From: Octopus vulgaris
Taxonomy: Eukaryota
Direction of reading: 5' to 3'
DNA length: 64,000 nucleotides
Assembly (NCBI GenBank): GCA_951406725.2
Contig: OX597829.1
Location: 7,998,001 to 8,062,000, forward strand
The notes under the pieces were generated by a model. That model was not told where the DNA came from. It searched no databases and saw only the letters and a list, made by a program, of their open reading frames with translations. Shown piece after piece: positions 29,461 through 43,574 of the stretch. Both the position numbers and the translations under genes were made by a program. Position 1 is the first letter of the stretch; every line of letters starts with the position of its first letter.

Positions 29461-30477
29461 ACTTTCCTCCACAATAAAACAATCTGTATATCATCCTCCA
29501 CAATTTGTTACTCATCTGAAGTACACGTGTATTTCAACAATTTTTATCATATACACTCTCTTTCTTGAGCATAAAAAATCCTCTTCCCAAGTGACAGTAA
29601 CTTATGTCAGATTGATGCACAAGTTCTAACAATTTTGATAAGGGAAATAATTTCATCGGCATTTACTTGTACCAAAAGAGCACTCTTTCAAAAGACAACA
29701 TGTTATCTCATAAGTGTTGTGTGGTGGAAATAAACACAATTACCAAACTTTCATTCATAAGACCATTTATTATTTCAATTTGTACATCTGTACTCCTGAC
29801 TGCGTACAAGTGCATACGCGAAACAACGTCTTTATTTTTTAATCATTATCTCTTGATATCAAAATAAGTTGTATATTGAAAAATAAAATATTTTGTAGTG
29901 GGGTGTCATTTGTGACTGCTAGGGCCAAAATGGGCTGAGAACCTTTGATGTAGACTGAAGATGATTTACCTCAAGAGAACAAGCATGCTCAACTGAGGTA
30001 GAGATTTTCAACATGCTTTTCAGTATATACACTAATGACAAACCAGAAAGTGATGACATGCTAATTTGTGTATGATGGCAAACATTGTTACAGAACAAGA
30101 TACAGATCTTCTGGAAGTGGAATAAATGCTGACAAATTTATTTGCTAAGCTAACATCATTTAATGAAGGGAACCACCACTCTGCCAGTCAACTATGCTCC
30201 TTTCATCATAGGAAACATGAAGCAAAACACCAGCTTCACATAACTTGGTCTGAAACACCTTTTGAGTCCCATAAATACTTAGTGTCATGCCTAATCGTTT
30301 CAATTTCAAGACCAACATCCAAAAGATAAAAGCAAAACTGAGCACTTACAAATTGTCAGCAAGCTCACAAATACAAGACAGGGTGAAACTCTTCAGGCAA
30401 CTTATCTGTTCCCAGTTGAACTTGAAAGCTTAGTATGGGAAAGATTTACCAATGTTAAGAAACTAGAGCAAACATTT

Positions 30478-30730
30478 ATCATCATCATCATCGTTTAACG
30501 TCGGTTTTCCATGCTAGCATGGATTGGACGGTTTGACCAGGGTCTGGGAAGCCAGGAGACTGCACCAAGCTCCAGTCTGACCTGGCAGTGTTTCTACAGC
30601 TGGATGCCCTTCCTAACGACAACCACTCCATGAGTGTAGTGAGTGCTTTTTACGTACAAGGCAAGGCTGGCAATGGCCATGATCAGTTGGTGCTTTTTAT
30701 GTGCCACCAGCACAGACGCCAGTCAAGGCA
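30478..30730 (-). mobile_element. RTE 3'-UTR-type element
   Basis: (atc)n-gtttaacgtc...ccatgctagcat...ctacagctggatgcccttcctaac. Confidence 0.85.
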
Positions 30731-33267
30731 TTCTTTTTTAACTGATCACAAGCAGTTTAGACAAACAGATTTATCCTTGTTGGTCATTAAGAGATCAGTA
30801 CTCAGTAAGGGGTGTTAGCAGTGAATGCCATCAAATGTTCAAAGAAAGAACCAGTATGATGAAAGAAACAACTTACCAACTTCAATAACAGTGGAAATAG
30901 TAGCAAGTGGATAAATACAACTATGCGATGTGGATAAAATTTGGATGAAAAAGGAAACGCATGAACCAGTTGAATTGGCATGGCCAAAGTGACTTACAAT
31001 TAATGGTAACACGACTTCTTCAATGTCACCATAGGTGACTGTAAACCAGAACCACAAACAATGAGACAGCTTTTGAGAAGCCTTCTAATGTAAAAACCAT
31101 GTATTTCTGTTGATTTTGTTACAATATACAATGAAGATACAGGAAACTAGGTTCAGCTTAGGTTGAAGAAAATTGAGCAAAATGTGAAGTGGAAGTGATA
31201 AGAATTTTCAAGCAACAAAACAATTCAGGCTTACTTTATCAACCATTATTAGTGGAATGAAATAAACAGAGCATAAAATAAGTGATATAATTGATGATGA
31301 AATAAGGATTTAACCCCCACTCTTATTATGTGCTTTAAAATGAGGGAGGACATAGGTAAATATACACAAAACAGAATGCAGTGCTAACTAGAAGTTTCTT
31401 GTCCATGAATTTGCTTCTGTTTTTTAAACTGTCAGTTAAAAATTGTTACTTAGTGCTGCATTACATATGACCAGTATTTCAAGCAAGGATATTCTACAAT
31501 GAAATAAAGAGATAAATACATATGTTAGATATATAGGGGTTTTTTGTTGTTGTTTTTTTTTGTTATGAACACATTACATAACTTGTTAATCACATGTTCA
31601 CAATTTCAAATCTTACTCACAAAAGTAATACTCCCTGAACATAGTATATAAATTTTGCTTACCCCAATGTGCCAACTTAATAAAAAAAAAAATACCCCTA
31701 CTAAAGTTAGCATGCAACTATTAATAACTGTTCTCAAAGAAAACCATCCTTTTAAAACTAACCCAAATAAAAAGATGCAAAACAGAACCAAAACAAACTG
31801 GGAAATATTCCATCAATCTAAAAAATAAAAACAAAGCAATGTATTCACAATTGTGTTATTGTTCCAAAATATTTGAATGGTTTCACAAGTGGATGGAGTT
31901 GCATTGATTTAGACATACAAATGTTCCTGTTGGTTGACCAACTGAACTTTTTGGCAACTGGCTAGTACCTAAAAATAATCCTTGGGTAGAATCAGTGTGT
32001 GTGACATCATCAGAAGTTTTTACGGTTTCCATCTGGTCAATTATTTTCAGCACAATTTTAGTATAACTGTATCAAGCTTGAGAGCTTGTGATTGCAAAGC
32101 AAATTTCAAAAACCACTTGACCAGAAACCTATATAGTTTTGCATATACGAGACAAAAGAATTGTGGAAGATGTTTAAAATCCTCCGTCCAATAATAACAA
32201 AGATTCAACTATGAAATAAGCGTTGTCATTTTTTTTTTCATAGCTGGTTGGAGACAAAATAAATGGCTTGTTAAAGGAACAGAAGACAAGAAATTGATTC
32301 AAATACATAACTGTAGGTGGCAAACTGTAAGTGTTGTTAGAATATAAGACAGAATGCCTTATTGTATTTCCTGCCTCTCAGTGCTTTGAGTTCAAATCCA
32401 GCCAACGTCAGCTATTATTTCATCCTTTTAGAGTCAATAAAAATGGGCGATGGATTGGCAGAATCGATAAAGAAATGGATGGGATGCCTTATTACAACTT
32501 TGTTACAGCTTTACACATTCATTGCATCTTAAGCATCTCTTATCATTGGCTTCCTTGTAGTGAGAAACAGAAGCTTTTGGTACCTAGTTAATTGAGATAA
32601 GATCTCTAAAGTCAAATACAATACGTTCATTCAAGCAACATTTTGCTCACACCACTGATAAATGGACCCTGTACTGAAATAGGATAAATGCTTGTAATGA
32701 TACTAATGTATAACCGCAAATAGATTTTAATCTATTTGTTCATCAAAGCAGAAAAATAACAAATAGTATAATATGGCGGTGCCATAAAAATCATCCTACA
32801 TGACTCAAAAAACATTAATAAAAAAACTCATGTGTAACAATATTTCTTAACTGATAGTAGTGTCGCTGCTGTTGTTGTTTGGCTGGAGGTCAACCCTGGT
32901 TAAGCAATTCAAGGACTGAAAGCATTTGTGTGACCAGTCCATTTTAGATACAGAGCAACCAGGACGTACAGTTTACTTTGTCCTTTTCTAAGAAAGTTGG
33001 ATATTATTTAGAGACTTTTTCTATTTCTGTTGGTCAAGAGATTAGATAGATGCTCTTTATTTCATAAAACTGATACAGTCAAGAGTATTTGCGATGAAAT
33101 TGAGACTGAAGGAGACATAGTGATGAAGTATCAGATTTGTAATTATTAGGCTTCATAGACAAGATATAAAAATCAAGACAAATAAACGAACAATTTATGC
33201 AGCAGAAATGAAATTCAACAAGCCAGGAAAATAATAGTGTTTAAAATAAAATGATTATAAAATCATA

Positions 33268-33475
33268 TTCTTTTATTCTTTAATTTGTTTCAGTCATTTG
33301 ACTGTGGCCATGCTGGAGCACCACCTTTAGTCAAACAAATCAATCCCGGGACTTATTCTTTGTAAGCCTAGTACTTATTCTATTGATCTCTTCTAGCCGA
33401 ACCGCTAAGTTACGGGGACGTAATCACACCAACATAAGTTGTCAAGCAATGGTTGGGGGACAAACTCAGATACAC

Positions 33476-33516
<41 letters not shown>

Positions 33517-33748
33517 TGTGTATCTGAGTTTGTCCCCCAACCATTGCTTGACAACTTATGTTGGTGTGATTACATATATATATATATATATGACAGGCAT
33601 TTTTCAGTTTCCGTCTACCAAATCCACTCACAAGGCTTTGGTTGGCCCGAGGCTATAGTAGAAGACACTTGCCCAAGGTGCCACACAGTGGGACTGAACT
33701 TGGAACCATGTGGTTGGTAAGCAAACTACTTACCATACAACCAATCCT
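33268..33748 (-). mobile_element. SINE family A copy with internal fold-back duplication
   Basis: Reverse-complement homology to 44492-44900; inverted arms at 33420-33480 and 33513-33573 around (TA)n. Confidence 0.9.
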
Positions 33749-33983
33749 ATATATATATATATATATTTGTTTTTAAATGTATTGTTGACTTTCTTGTTGT
33801 CTCCTTGTCACTTCCTGACACTGTATGGCATCATCTCTTGACCCTGATGATACCCTTCTCTTTCCATCTGGTATAATTGATCAAATTGGCTATTTGTGTA
33901 TGCAATAATGTAATTAGGAAAGCCAAAACAAATCAACAAAGTGATAAAATAAAATATAAAATAAAAAAGAATTTAGCAAAATG

Positions 33984-34026
<43 letters not shown>

Positions 34027-34039
34027 CGAGACAGTTATC

Positions 34040-34600
34040 AGCAGATTTTACCATGGGGATCAGCTACTTAAACTGGGCAGCCAGCGTTCCTTTGCTTTGT
34101 AGCTATGACAAAAGGGACTGTGCAGTGGACAAGGCTGAAAAGATTGCGGATAGATGCCTTCCACTTCAGTGAAGCCCTTTTCAAGTCCTTTTTAGGTTCC
34201 GCTTAAAAAGGAAGGTGGGGGTGGAGAAGAGAAGTGCTCTACCCCAGCCAACTTGTCAGAAGGAAGGGACTATGACAAAAATGGTTAGGATGAATGGAAC
34301 TACTACTAACATGCACATGTAGATTAGAGAACAAGTTGGCTGAGGGCATGTGTCTTTGGTGATCAAGGTGATCTTGGACTTGTGTGGCTTCTTGATTGGC
34401 CTTAGCTACAAGTTCTACTTCAAGAAAACTCCATCACCCTTGTGTTTACACATTTAGTGAATGAATACTATGAATAAATACTTTTAATCTTCTTCCTTCC
34501 CTTCCTTCCTTTCTTCTTATTTTATATAAATCTCTATACAGACAGTAACCCCTTTCATCTGATGTCCCTGTGGCAAATAAAAGAAATTATTATTACTATT
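34040..34600 (+). mobile_element. Older Tx1/L1-like LINE 3' end
   Basis: Homologous to 17565-18072 (ttaaaaaggaaggtgggggtggagaagagaagtgct; tail aataaaagaaattattatt). Confidence 0.5.
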
Positions 34601-34952
34601 GTTATTGTCAGAAATGATAGTAAGTTAAACAAAATGTTTTTCAGTATACCTTTACTGCTCTATACATTTGTAGTTCACATACTACAAAAGTTAACTTAGC
34701 CTTTCCTCCTTCCAAGGACAAGGAAATCCCCATTTCCTAAACATTTGTGATCTTGTGTTCATATAAGAAATTATAGTCAGCACTATGAGTATTATTACAA
34801 TTACATACCAATTCAAATCTCACCACAATCAAGATTGCTTCTCATCTTTATGTGGTAGACAAAATATCAATACCAGGCACAAACATGATGAATGTAAATC
34901 GCCATAACTTTCCTCCTAAATGAGAAGCCTTTAGTTATCATTATCATTATTA

Positions 34953-35000
<48 letters not shown>

Positions 35001-35591
35001 TGACAGGGAAAGCAAACCACCAGTCAAGTACTGAAACCATTACTATCAACAAACCTTTCCTTTTCAAAATTGCAGGCCTTGTGTGCCAAAATTTTAAATT
35101 ATCACCAGCACCATCATCATTTCAACAGAAATGACCTGTGGAGTTTGTATTCTAGGTTCATGTCTCGTCCGTGTCAAATTTACTTTCCATTTTTCTGAGA
35201 CTGATGAAATAAAGTACCAGTCAAGTACTGAGACTTAATCAACAAACTCCTTTCACCAGGTTCCTGTCTGCGTTCTTGTATTCCTGAGATTATAATACTG
35301 TGTACGAGTATGTATATATTTGATGTGAATATAAAGGTATTAGTTTGACTATATAAGGAAGAATACACAACTATGTATACAAGTATGCAGTTATTTATGT
35401 ATGTCAGTGTACATCTGTACAAATGTATCTAGCTAGTGAATACAGATGTACATACACACACATGCACAAACACAATCCTATGATATGTGACTGGGTGTAC
35501 ATGGAAGTCAATGAGGAGAGTGTTTCTATATTTAAATAAACATGAAAAGTGCACACCAACATCAATTCTTCAGATATTTGTTATATGCCAA

Positions 35592-35659
<68 letters not shown>

Positions 35660-37111
35660 TGTGGTGTGTATGTATATATATATATATATATATATTTCTT
35701 ACATCTTTGGCATAACTTCATAAGACACAAAAAAAAAGCCAAGCATGACAAGAAGCCCTTGCTAGACCAGATTTACATGCTTCCTCCACACATACACACA
35801 CAAATGCAAAAACATACAAGCACACCTTTTTCCCTAATTCCAAAAGTTTCTACTTCAAGTCTTCCTAAGTCTTGAAGAATTTCAAACTCACTTTGATCTT
35901 CAATCTTCTGTTGAGATTAAGATCTCTCAACTGTCAATCAATCTTCATGACTGATGGCATCAAGACAGCCTTCAAGAGATCTTTCTGAATGTTTTTACCG
36001 TTATTAAAGCACACATCTCCTTTATCTGTGCTTTTGTAGTTAGACATGTTTCCTAATGTAGTATACAAAGAAAAACTAAAACATGATGTGTGTTTGGTTG
36101 GCATTACAACCATTGCATGTTTTCAGGTTCGCGTAGGTTAGATAGGAGTGCAAATATGGACATTTATATTACTTGGGTTAAGAACTGAATCTATGTTTTT
36201 AGCCCTTGGTCAGTCTTAATATAGCAGGCCTATGATCAAAGAAATACCAGCATTCAATTAAGTCTTTGTTTCCCTGATTACATTACCCAATTACACATCT
36301 TAGATTTTTCTTTTTTTATAAAATGATACATATTATATGAAAGAAATTTAAGCACATGAAGAAACCACACAGAAACACCCTCACTGGCTAAAGACTAATT
36401 CTAAAATGAGTGATGGTGGGAAGCTGTATGGCCAGTTGAATTAATCCTGTCGGATATTAGTGGAACTTATTTTAACAGCTCAAACCTTAAATAAAAAATG
36501 TAATTTTAAATAGAGAAAAGAAGAGAGACTATATCAATGGTACATGAGAGAACTAGTTGTTGTAGTGTATAGCAAGTCAAATTTCACCGTTCAGCCAGAC
36601 ATTTTTTTTCTGTTCTTTTTGTAGTCTAGAATGTAAGTGTTGCTGCTGCTGCTGCTGCTTCTCGGGTACCCATGTCAGTGATGTTATGTTTTCTTTTATT
36701 TTCTTCTCAGATGACCAGGTACTATTTCCTGACCCTTTAACTTAAAGACTGCAAATGCCTCCTATGTTTTGAGGTCCTTCCAAGAGTCAAAGCACTAGTT
36801 TCTTAGATTAAAATAAATAAATCTACATTCCTGAACAGGATTCCTCCCGTCCATTGCAGTTGAACTGGCTATTTTTATTGTATTTAACTTTACATGTCCT
36901 CTGTTGCCTGCAGACATCACACTGTTATCCCAGAACTCATTCACACACAATTCACACAGAGTATATGTCCACATCACTTTTTTACAAGGCAAAGAGAGAA
37001 TATTATATGGTTGTTTACCATTTTAGAAATAGCCGCCAAATATTCTAACCATGCACTATATATATATATATATATGTGTATATATATGCATCACGAGATG
37101 CAGCACAAAGC

Positions 37112-37162
37112 TTTGTCAGTGAACAGGCAGCAGTCTCAAAGCGACGAAAATATTTTGACAAA
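37112..37162 (+). ncRNA. Minimal type-I hammerhead-like motif, G3-C8 variant
   Basis: TTTGTCA-GTGAACA-G-GCAGC[agtctcaaa]GCGAC-GAA-AATATT-T-TGACAAA: 7-bp stem I, palindromic stem III, stem II partly mismatched. Confidence 0.55.
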
Positions 37163-37224
37163 TCAAATTTATATGTTGTGTGTTTCTTAAATGGCTTATA
37201 AACACCTTCCACGCTACAATTGTT

Positions 37225-37603
37225 ACATATATATATATATATATACATATATATACATATATACATAAATATATACACATATCTATACATATATACATAT
37301 ATATCTATACATATATACATATATATGCATATATATATACACATATATACATACATATATATATATACACATACATATATATATATACACAGATATACAT
37401 ACATATATATATATACACAGATATACATACATATATATATATACACAGATATACATATATATATACATATATATATACACATATATACACATATATACAT
37501 ATATGCACATATATATACACATATATGCATATATATATATATATACACACATATATGCATATATATATATACACATATATGCATATATATATATATACAC
37601 ATA
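37225..37603. repeat. Compound TA/CA microsatellite
   Basis: Direct inspection. Confidence 0.97.
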
Positions 37604-37609
37604 TAATCC

Positions 37610-38185
37610 TTAAATCCTTAGAAATGTTTTAGCCCAAAGGCCGCGGCCATGCTGGGGCACCACTGCTGAATGAACTACACTAATTTGTGAATCCACCTCT
37701 GATATGTGGCACTTGATCAACAAGGGAGTTCGATACTGCAGCCCGCATCCGCGTCTCCTGTCGTGAGGTAGGTTCATCTGAGACTCCCGACAAGAAGAGA
37801 TCCAGATGTATATCACCGCATATCTCTCCCGCCTCCGCTCTAGGGAGAAGAGGTTTAATACCTTCAGTCTTTCCCAGTAGCTGATATTTTGCATTGAGAC
37901 AATTTTCTTTGAGTAGCTTCTCTGAATTGCTTCGAGTTCTGCTGTTAGTTTTATATTGTGTGGTGACCACAGTTGGGAGCAGTAGTCCAAGCGGCTGAGG
38001 ACGAATGTTTTCCATAGGACCATCAGTGTCTCCTCTCTTGTTCTGAAAGTTCGGAGAATCCATCCAGCTAGCCGTCTGCATTTTATCACCAGATTAGCAA
38101 TATGCACTTGGAAAGATGCATCATTGCTCATGCCAATGCCCAGGTCGCACACTGATTTTGACTCAGGGATTGCAATTCTTCCTGG
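37610..38185 (-). mobile_element. CR1 LINE 3' fragment with internal deletion
   Basis: CDLGI...GWILRTFRTR...SRLDYCSQLWSP...LEAIQR...YWERLKVLNLFSLERRRERY (CR1 ORF2 C-terminal region), then DLFLSGVSDEP...RAAVSNSL and tail gtgccccagcatggccgc. Confidence 0.9.
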
Positions 38186-38942
38186 GCCAGTGTATCCAGT
38201 CCACTTATGCATGCCTTTCCTCCATTGGACACACAAAGACCTGTTGAGGCAAGCGAAGTCGATATCGAACCTCATCCGACGACAGGCACCTATGCCAACC
38301 CCCCTTTGCTTGCGAAGACCTGTTAGGGCAAGTGAAGTCGAAATCGAAATTCAACCAATCATATGACTGGCACCCGGCAGAGGCCAGGACCCCTGGACTA
38401 GAGATACGTAAAAAGCACTATCCAAATCGTGGCCATTGCCAGCGCCGCCTCGACGTAAAGAGCATCATCCGAATATACATATATTTATATAAACACATAT
38501 ATACATATATATATATACACATATATACATATACACATATATACATATATATATATACACATATATACACATATATATATATACACATATATATACACAT
38601 ATATACATATATATACATATATATACACATATATACAAATATATACATATATATATACACATATATATACACATATATATACACATATATATATACACAT
38701 ATATATATATATATATATACACATATATATACACATATATATACACATATATATACACATATATACACACATATATATACACATATATACATATATATAC
38801 ACATATATACATATATATATATACACATATATATACACATATATACATATATATACACATATATACATATATATATACACATATATATACACATATATAT
38901 ACACACATATATATACACATATATATATACACATATATATAT

Positions 38943-38981
<39 letters not shown>

Positions 38982-39150
38982 TATACACATAAAAAGCACC
39001 CACTACACTCACGGAGTGGTTGGCGTTAGGAAGGGCATCCAGCTGTAGAAACATTGCCAGATTAGACTGGAGCCTGGTGCAGCCTTCTGGCTTCCCAGAA
39101 CCCCGGTCGAACCGTCCAACCCATGCTAGCATGGAGAACGGACATTAAAC

Positions 39151-39182
<32 letters not shown>
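38186..39182 (+). mobile_element. RTE 3' UTR split by a TA/CA microsatellite
   Basis: 38186-38471 matches the UTR after the RTE ORF at ~59100-59300; resumes at 38988 with aaaaagcacccactacactc...ggaagggcatcc...(gat)n. Confidence 0.8.
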
Positions 39183-39183
<1 letters not shown>

Positions 39184-39775
39184 ATACACATATATATATA
39201 TACACATATATACATATACACACATATATATATATACACACATATATATATACACACACATATATACATATATATATATACACATATATATATATACACA
39301 TATATACATATATATATACACATACACACATATATATATATACATAGATATATACACATATATACATATATACACATATATATACATATACACATATACA
39401 CATATATACATATACACATATATATACATATACACATATACACATATATATACATATACACATATACACACATATACACATATATACATATACACATATA
39501 TATACATATACACATATATACATATACACATATATATATACACATACACATATATACATATACACATATATACATATACACATATATACATATATATATA
39601 CACATACACATATATACATACACATACACATATATGCACATATATACATATACACATATATATATACACATACACATATATACATATATATATATATACA
39701 TATATATATATACACATACACACATATACATATATATATATACATATATATATATACACATACACAATATACATA

Positions 39776-39867
<92 letters not shown>

Positions 39868-39890
39868 CACATATATATATACACATATAC

Positions 39891-39927
<37 letters not shown>

Positions 39928-39958
39928 CATATATATACACATATATATATATACACAC

Positions 39959-39989
<31 letters not shown>

Positions 39990-40998
39990 TATACACATAT
40001 ATATATATACACACATATATATATACACACATATATATACACATATATATATATATACACATATATATATACACATATATATATATACACACATATATAT
40101 ACACATATATATATACACACATATATATACACATATATATATATATACACACATATATATATATACACATATATATATATACACATATATATATATATAC
40201 ACATATATATATACACACATATATATATATACACATATATATATATATACACATATATATATACACATATATATACATATATATATACACATATATATAT
40301 ACACACATATATATACACATATATATATATATACACATATATATATATACACATATATATATATACACACACATATATATATACACATATATACACATAT
40401 ATATACACATATATACACATATGTATACACATATATACACATATATATATACACATATATACACATATGTATACACATATATACACATATATATATATAC
40501 ACATATATACATATATACATACATATATAAATATATATACACATATACACACATATATAAATATATATACATATATATACACATACACACATATATAAAT
40601 ATATATACATATATATACACATACACACATATATAAAAATATATATACATATATACACGCATACATATATACACATATATATATACACATACATATATAC
40701 ACATATATATATACACTTACATATATACACTTACATATATACATATATATATACACATACATATATACACATATATATATACACATACATATATACACAT
40801 ACATATATACACATATATATATACACATACATATACACATATATAAATATATACACATTTATACATATATATATACACATATATACATATATATACACAT
40901 ATATACATATATATACATATATATAAATATATATACATATATATAAATATATATACATATATATAAATATATATACATATATATAAATATATATACAT
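39183..40998. repeat. ~1.8-kb compound TA/CA microsatellite
   Basis: Direct inspection. Confidence 0.98.
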
Positions 40999-41160
40999 CT
41001 GCACCAGGCTCCAGTCTTATCTGGCAGTGCATCCAGCTGTAGAAACACTGCCAGATAAGACTGGAGCCTGGTGCAGCCTTCTGGCTTTCCAGATCCCCGG
41101 TCGAACCGTCCAACCCATGCTAGCATGGAGAACGGACGTTAAACGATGATGATGATGATA
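40999..41160 (+). mobile_element. RTE tail fragment with perfect 5' fold-back (31-bp arms)
   Basis: 40999-41029 is the exact reverse complement of 41046-41076; normal tail to (gat)n follows. Confidence 0.85.
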
Positions 41161-41739
41161 TATAAATATATATACATATATATAAATATATATAACATAA
41201 GGGACTAAAGCCATCTGAATATGGCTAGGGACAGGGCAGGGTGGTGGGGGTGTTACTGTTGCATTTAGCCCCAGGCGAACATCGACGTCACCAGAAAGGC
41301 TCGACACCGTCACGGTGTCCTTAACCTGCAAAGGGAGGTAATTCCCCGATGAAGCGGAAACCACACACGGACCATGGTTTCAAGGTGTATTGCCTATCGT
41401 CGGCGTGTGGTAGGCTTCCGCTTCCTCGACGAATTCTCACTCTGCAGGATATTCATATATAGATTTTCAAGCAAAATACATTTGCTGATTTCGAAAATCT
41501 GTTCGAAAGCAATAATAATTCTCTAAAAGAGATATAGACAGTAACTGCTCGATAACATAAGGGAATATATATATATACATATATAAATATATATAAATAT
41601 ATATACATATATAAATATATATACATATATATACATATATAAATATATATACATATATAAATATACATATATAAATATATATAAATATATATACATATAT
41701 AAATATATATACATATATAAATATATATACATATATATA

Positions 41740-41945
41740 TACTCTTTTACTCTTTTCAGTCATTTGACTGTGGCCATGCTGGAGCACCGCCTTTAATCGA
41801 GCAACTTGACCCCGGGACTTATTCTATCGGTCTCTTTTGCCGAACCGCTAAGGAACGGGGACATAAACACACCAGCATCGGTTGTCAAGCAATGCTAGGA
41901 GGACAAACACAGACACACAAACACATACACATACACATATATATA
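41740..41945 (-). mobile_element. SINE family A 3' part
   Basis: tcagtcatttgactgtggccatgctggagcaccgcc...ccgaaccgctaag...gttgtcaagcaatgctagg. Confidence 0.85.
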
Positions 41946-41949
41946 TGAC

Positions 41950-43573
41950 TTTAGGATCAGGACTAAGAGGACGACTAGAAAATGACCAACATGGAGAAGA
42001 AGGGTCTGGAAGCTTAAAGACCCTGCAAATGGACAGAGTTTTAGAGACATGTTACTTGAAGCCTTTGACGAAATAGGAGGTGGTATAGCTACACATGGGG
42101 TAGAAGACAACTGGACGCTTCTAAGGGACAACCTGCTGAAAGCCACTGACCAGATCTGTGGCTGGTGCAAAGTCCCTCAAGACCCAAAATAACGTGGTGG
42201 TGGAACAATATTGTTGACAGGGCTATTAGACAAAAGAAACAGGCTTGGAAGGACTGGAAGAATGGTGGTAGCAGGGAATTGTATCAGACTGCCAGAAGGG
42301 AAGCTAGGAGGCAAGTGTATTTAGCCAGAGGGAAAGCAGATAAGAAAAAATTTGCCAATGTTCTGTGCCGGGAGGATGAAAGACTTGAAGTATTTTGTGT
42401 TGCAAGACAGTGTGTGATAGAGAATCGTCACGTGGTAGGAGAGAAATGTGTTCGCAAAGATGACGGTTCACTTGCGCTAAATGAGGATGCAAAGAGGGAG
42501 GTTTGGAGACGCCACTATGAAAGGTTGCTGAATGAGGAAAATGAATGGGATAAAGAGAGTCTGCCGAATGTCGACCCAACAGAGCGACCAGCAATCCGAG
42601 TTGACAGTTCCTTAGTAGTTAAGGCAATTACAAGCATGAAAACAGGGAAAGCCCCAGGCCCATCAAGAATTACTGCAGAGATGCTCAAAATATCTGGTAG
42701 TGTCGGCTATAGCCTAGTCACCCGTATAGTTAACCAGGTGATACACGAAGGAGTCATACCCAATGACTGGTGTAGCAGCATAATAGTCAACTGCTACAAA
42801 GGTAAAGGTGACGCCCTAGATACAAATAACCAGAAGGGTATCAAGCTGCTGGAACAGGTAATGAAGGTTACGGAGAGGGTTATAGCCCAACTAATTAGAG
42901 AGAGAGTTAGCTTAGATGAGATGCAGTTTGGGTTCATGCCAGGGAAAAGTACTACTGATGCTATATTCCTGGTAAGACAGCTGCAGGAGAAATACCTAGC
43001 CAAAGATAAGCCCCTGTACCTGGCTTTTGTTGACATGGAGAAAGCCTTCGACAGGGTCCCCCGATCCCTTATCTGGTGGTCAATGAGGAAACTAGGGATA
43101 GATGAATGGTTAGTGAGAGCTGTGCAAGCCATGTACAGAGACGCTGCTAGTAAGGTGAGGGTTGGCAACGAGTACAGTGAAGAATTCCGGTTAGAGGTTG
43201 GGGTCCACCAAGGTTCAGTCCTCAGTCCCCTCCTATTTATCATAGTCCTCCAGGCAATAACGGAGGAATTCAAGACAGGATGCCTCTGGGAGCTCCTCTA
43301 TGCTGATGACCTTGCTCTAATTGCTGAGTCACTATCAGAACAGGAGAAGTTTCAGGTGTGGAAACAAGGATTAGAATCGAAGGGCCTTAGAATCAACCTA
43401 GCCAAAACCAAAGTTCTAATAAGTAGGAAGGTAGACCAATCACAAACGCCTTTAGGTAGATGGCCCTGCTCGGTCTGTAAAAAAAGGTGTAGGTAGAAAC
43501 TCTATAAGGTGCACCAAGTGTAAGCTATGGACACATAAGAGGTGCAGCAATGTCAAAGGAAGGTTAACTAGGA
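41950..43573 (+). mobile_element. RTE-clade LINE, RT domain (truncated at both ends)
   Basis: ORF 42165-43496 with WWWNN, GKAPGPS, QFGFMPGKSTTDAIF, FVDMEKAFDRV, GVHQGSVLSPLLF, LYADDL, followed by a frameshifted C-x2-C...C-x2-C-x4-H-x2-C (PHD-like) module. Confidence 0.95.
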
Positions 43574-43574
43574 C

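Noticed and set aside
30000-31100. Decayed piggyBac transposase on the plus strand
   Set aside because: Only faint VMPNRF- and DVDK-like hints; not supportable without a profile search
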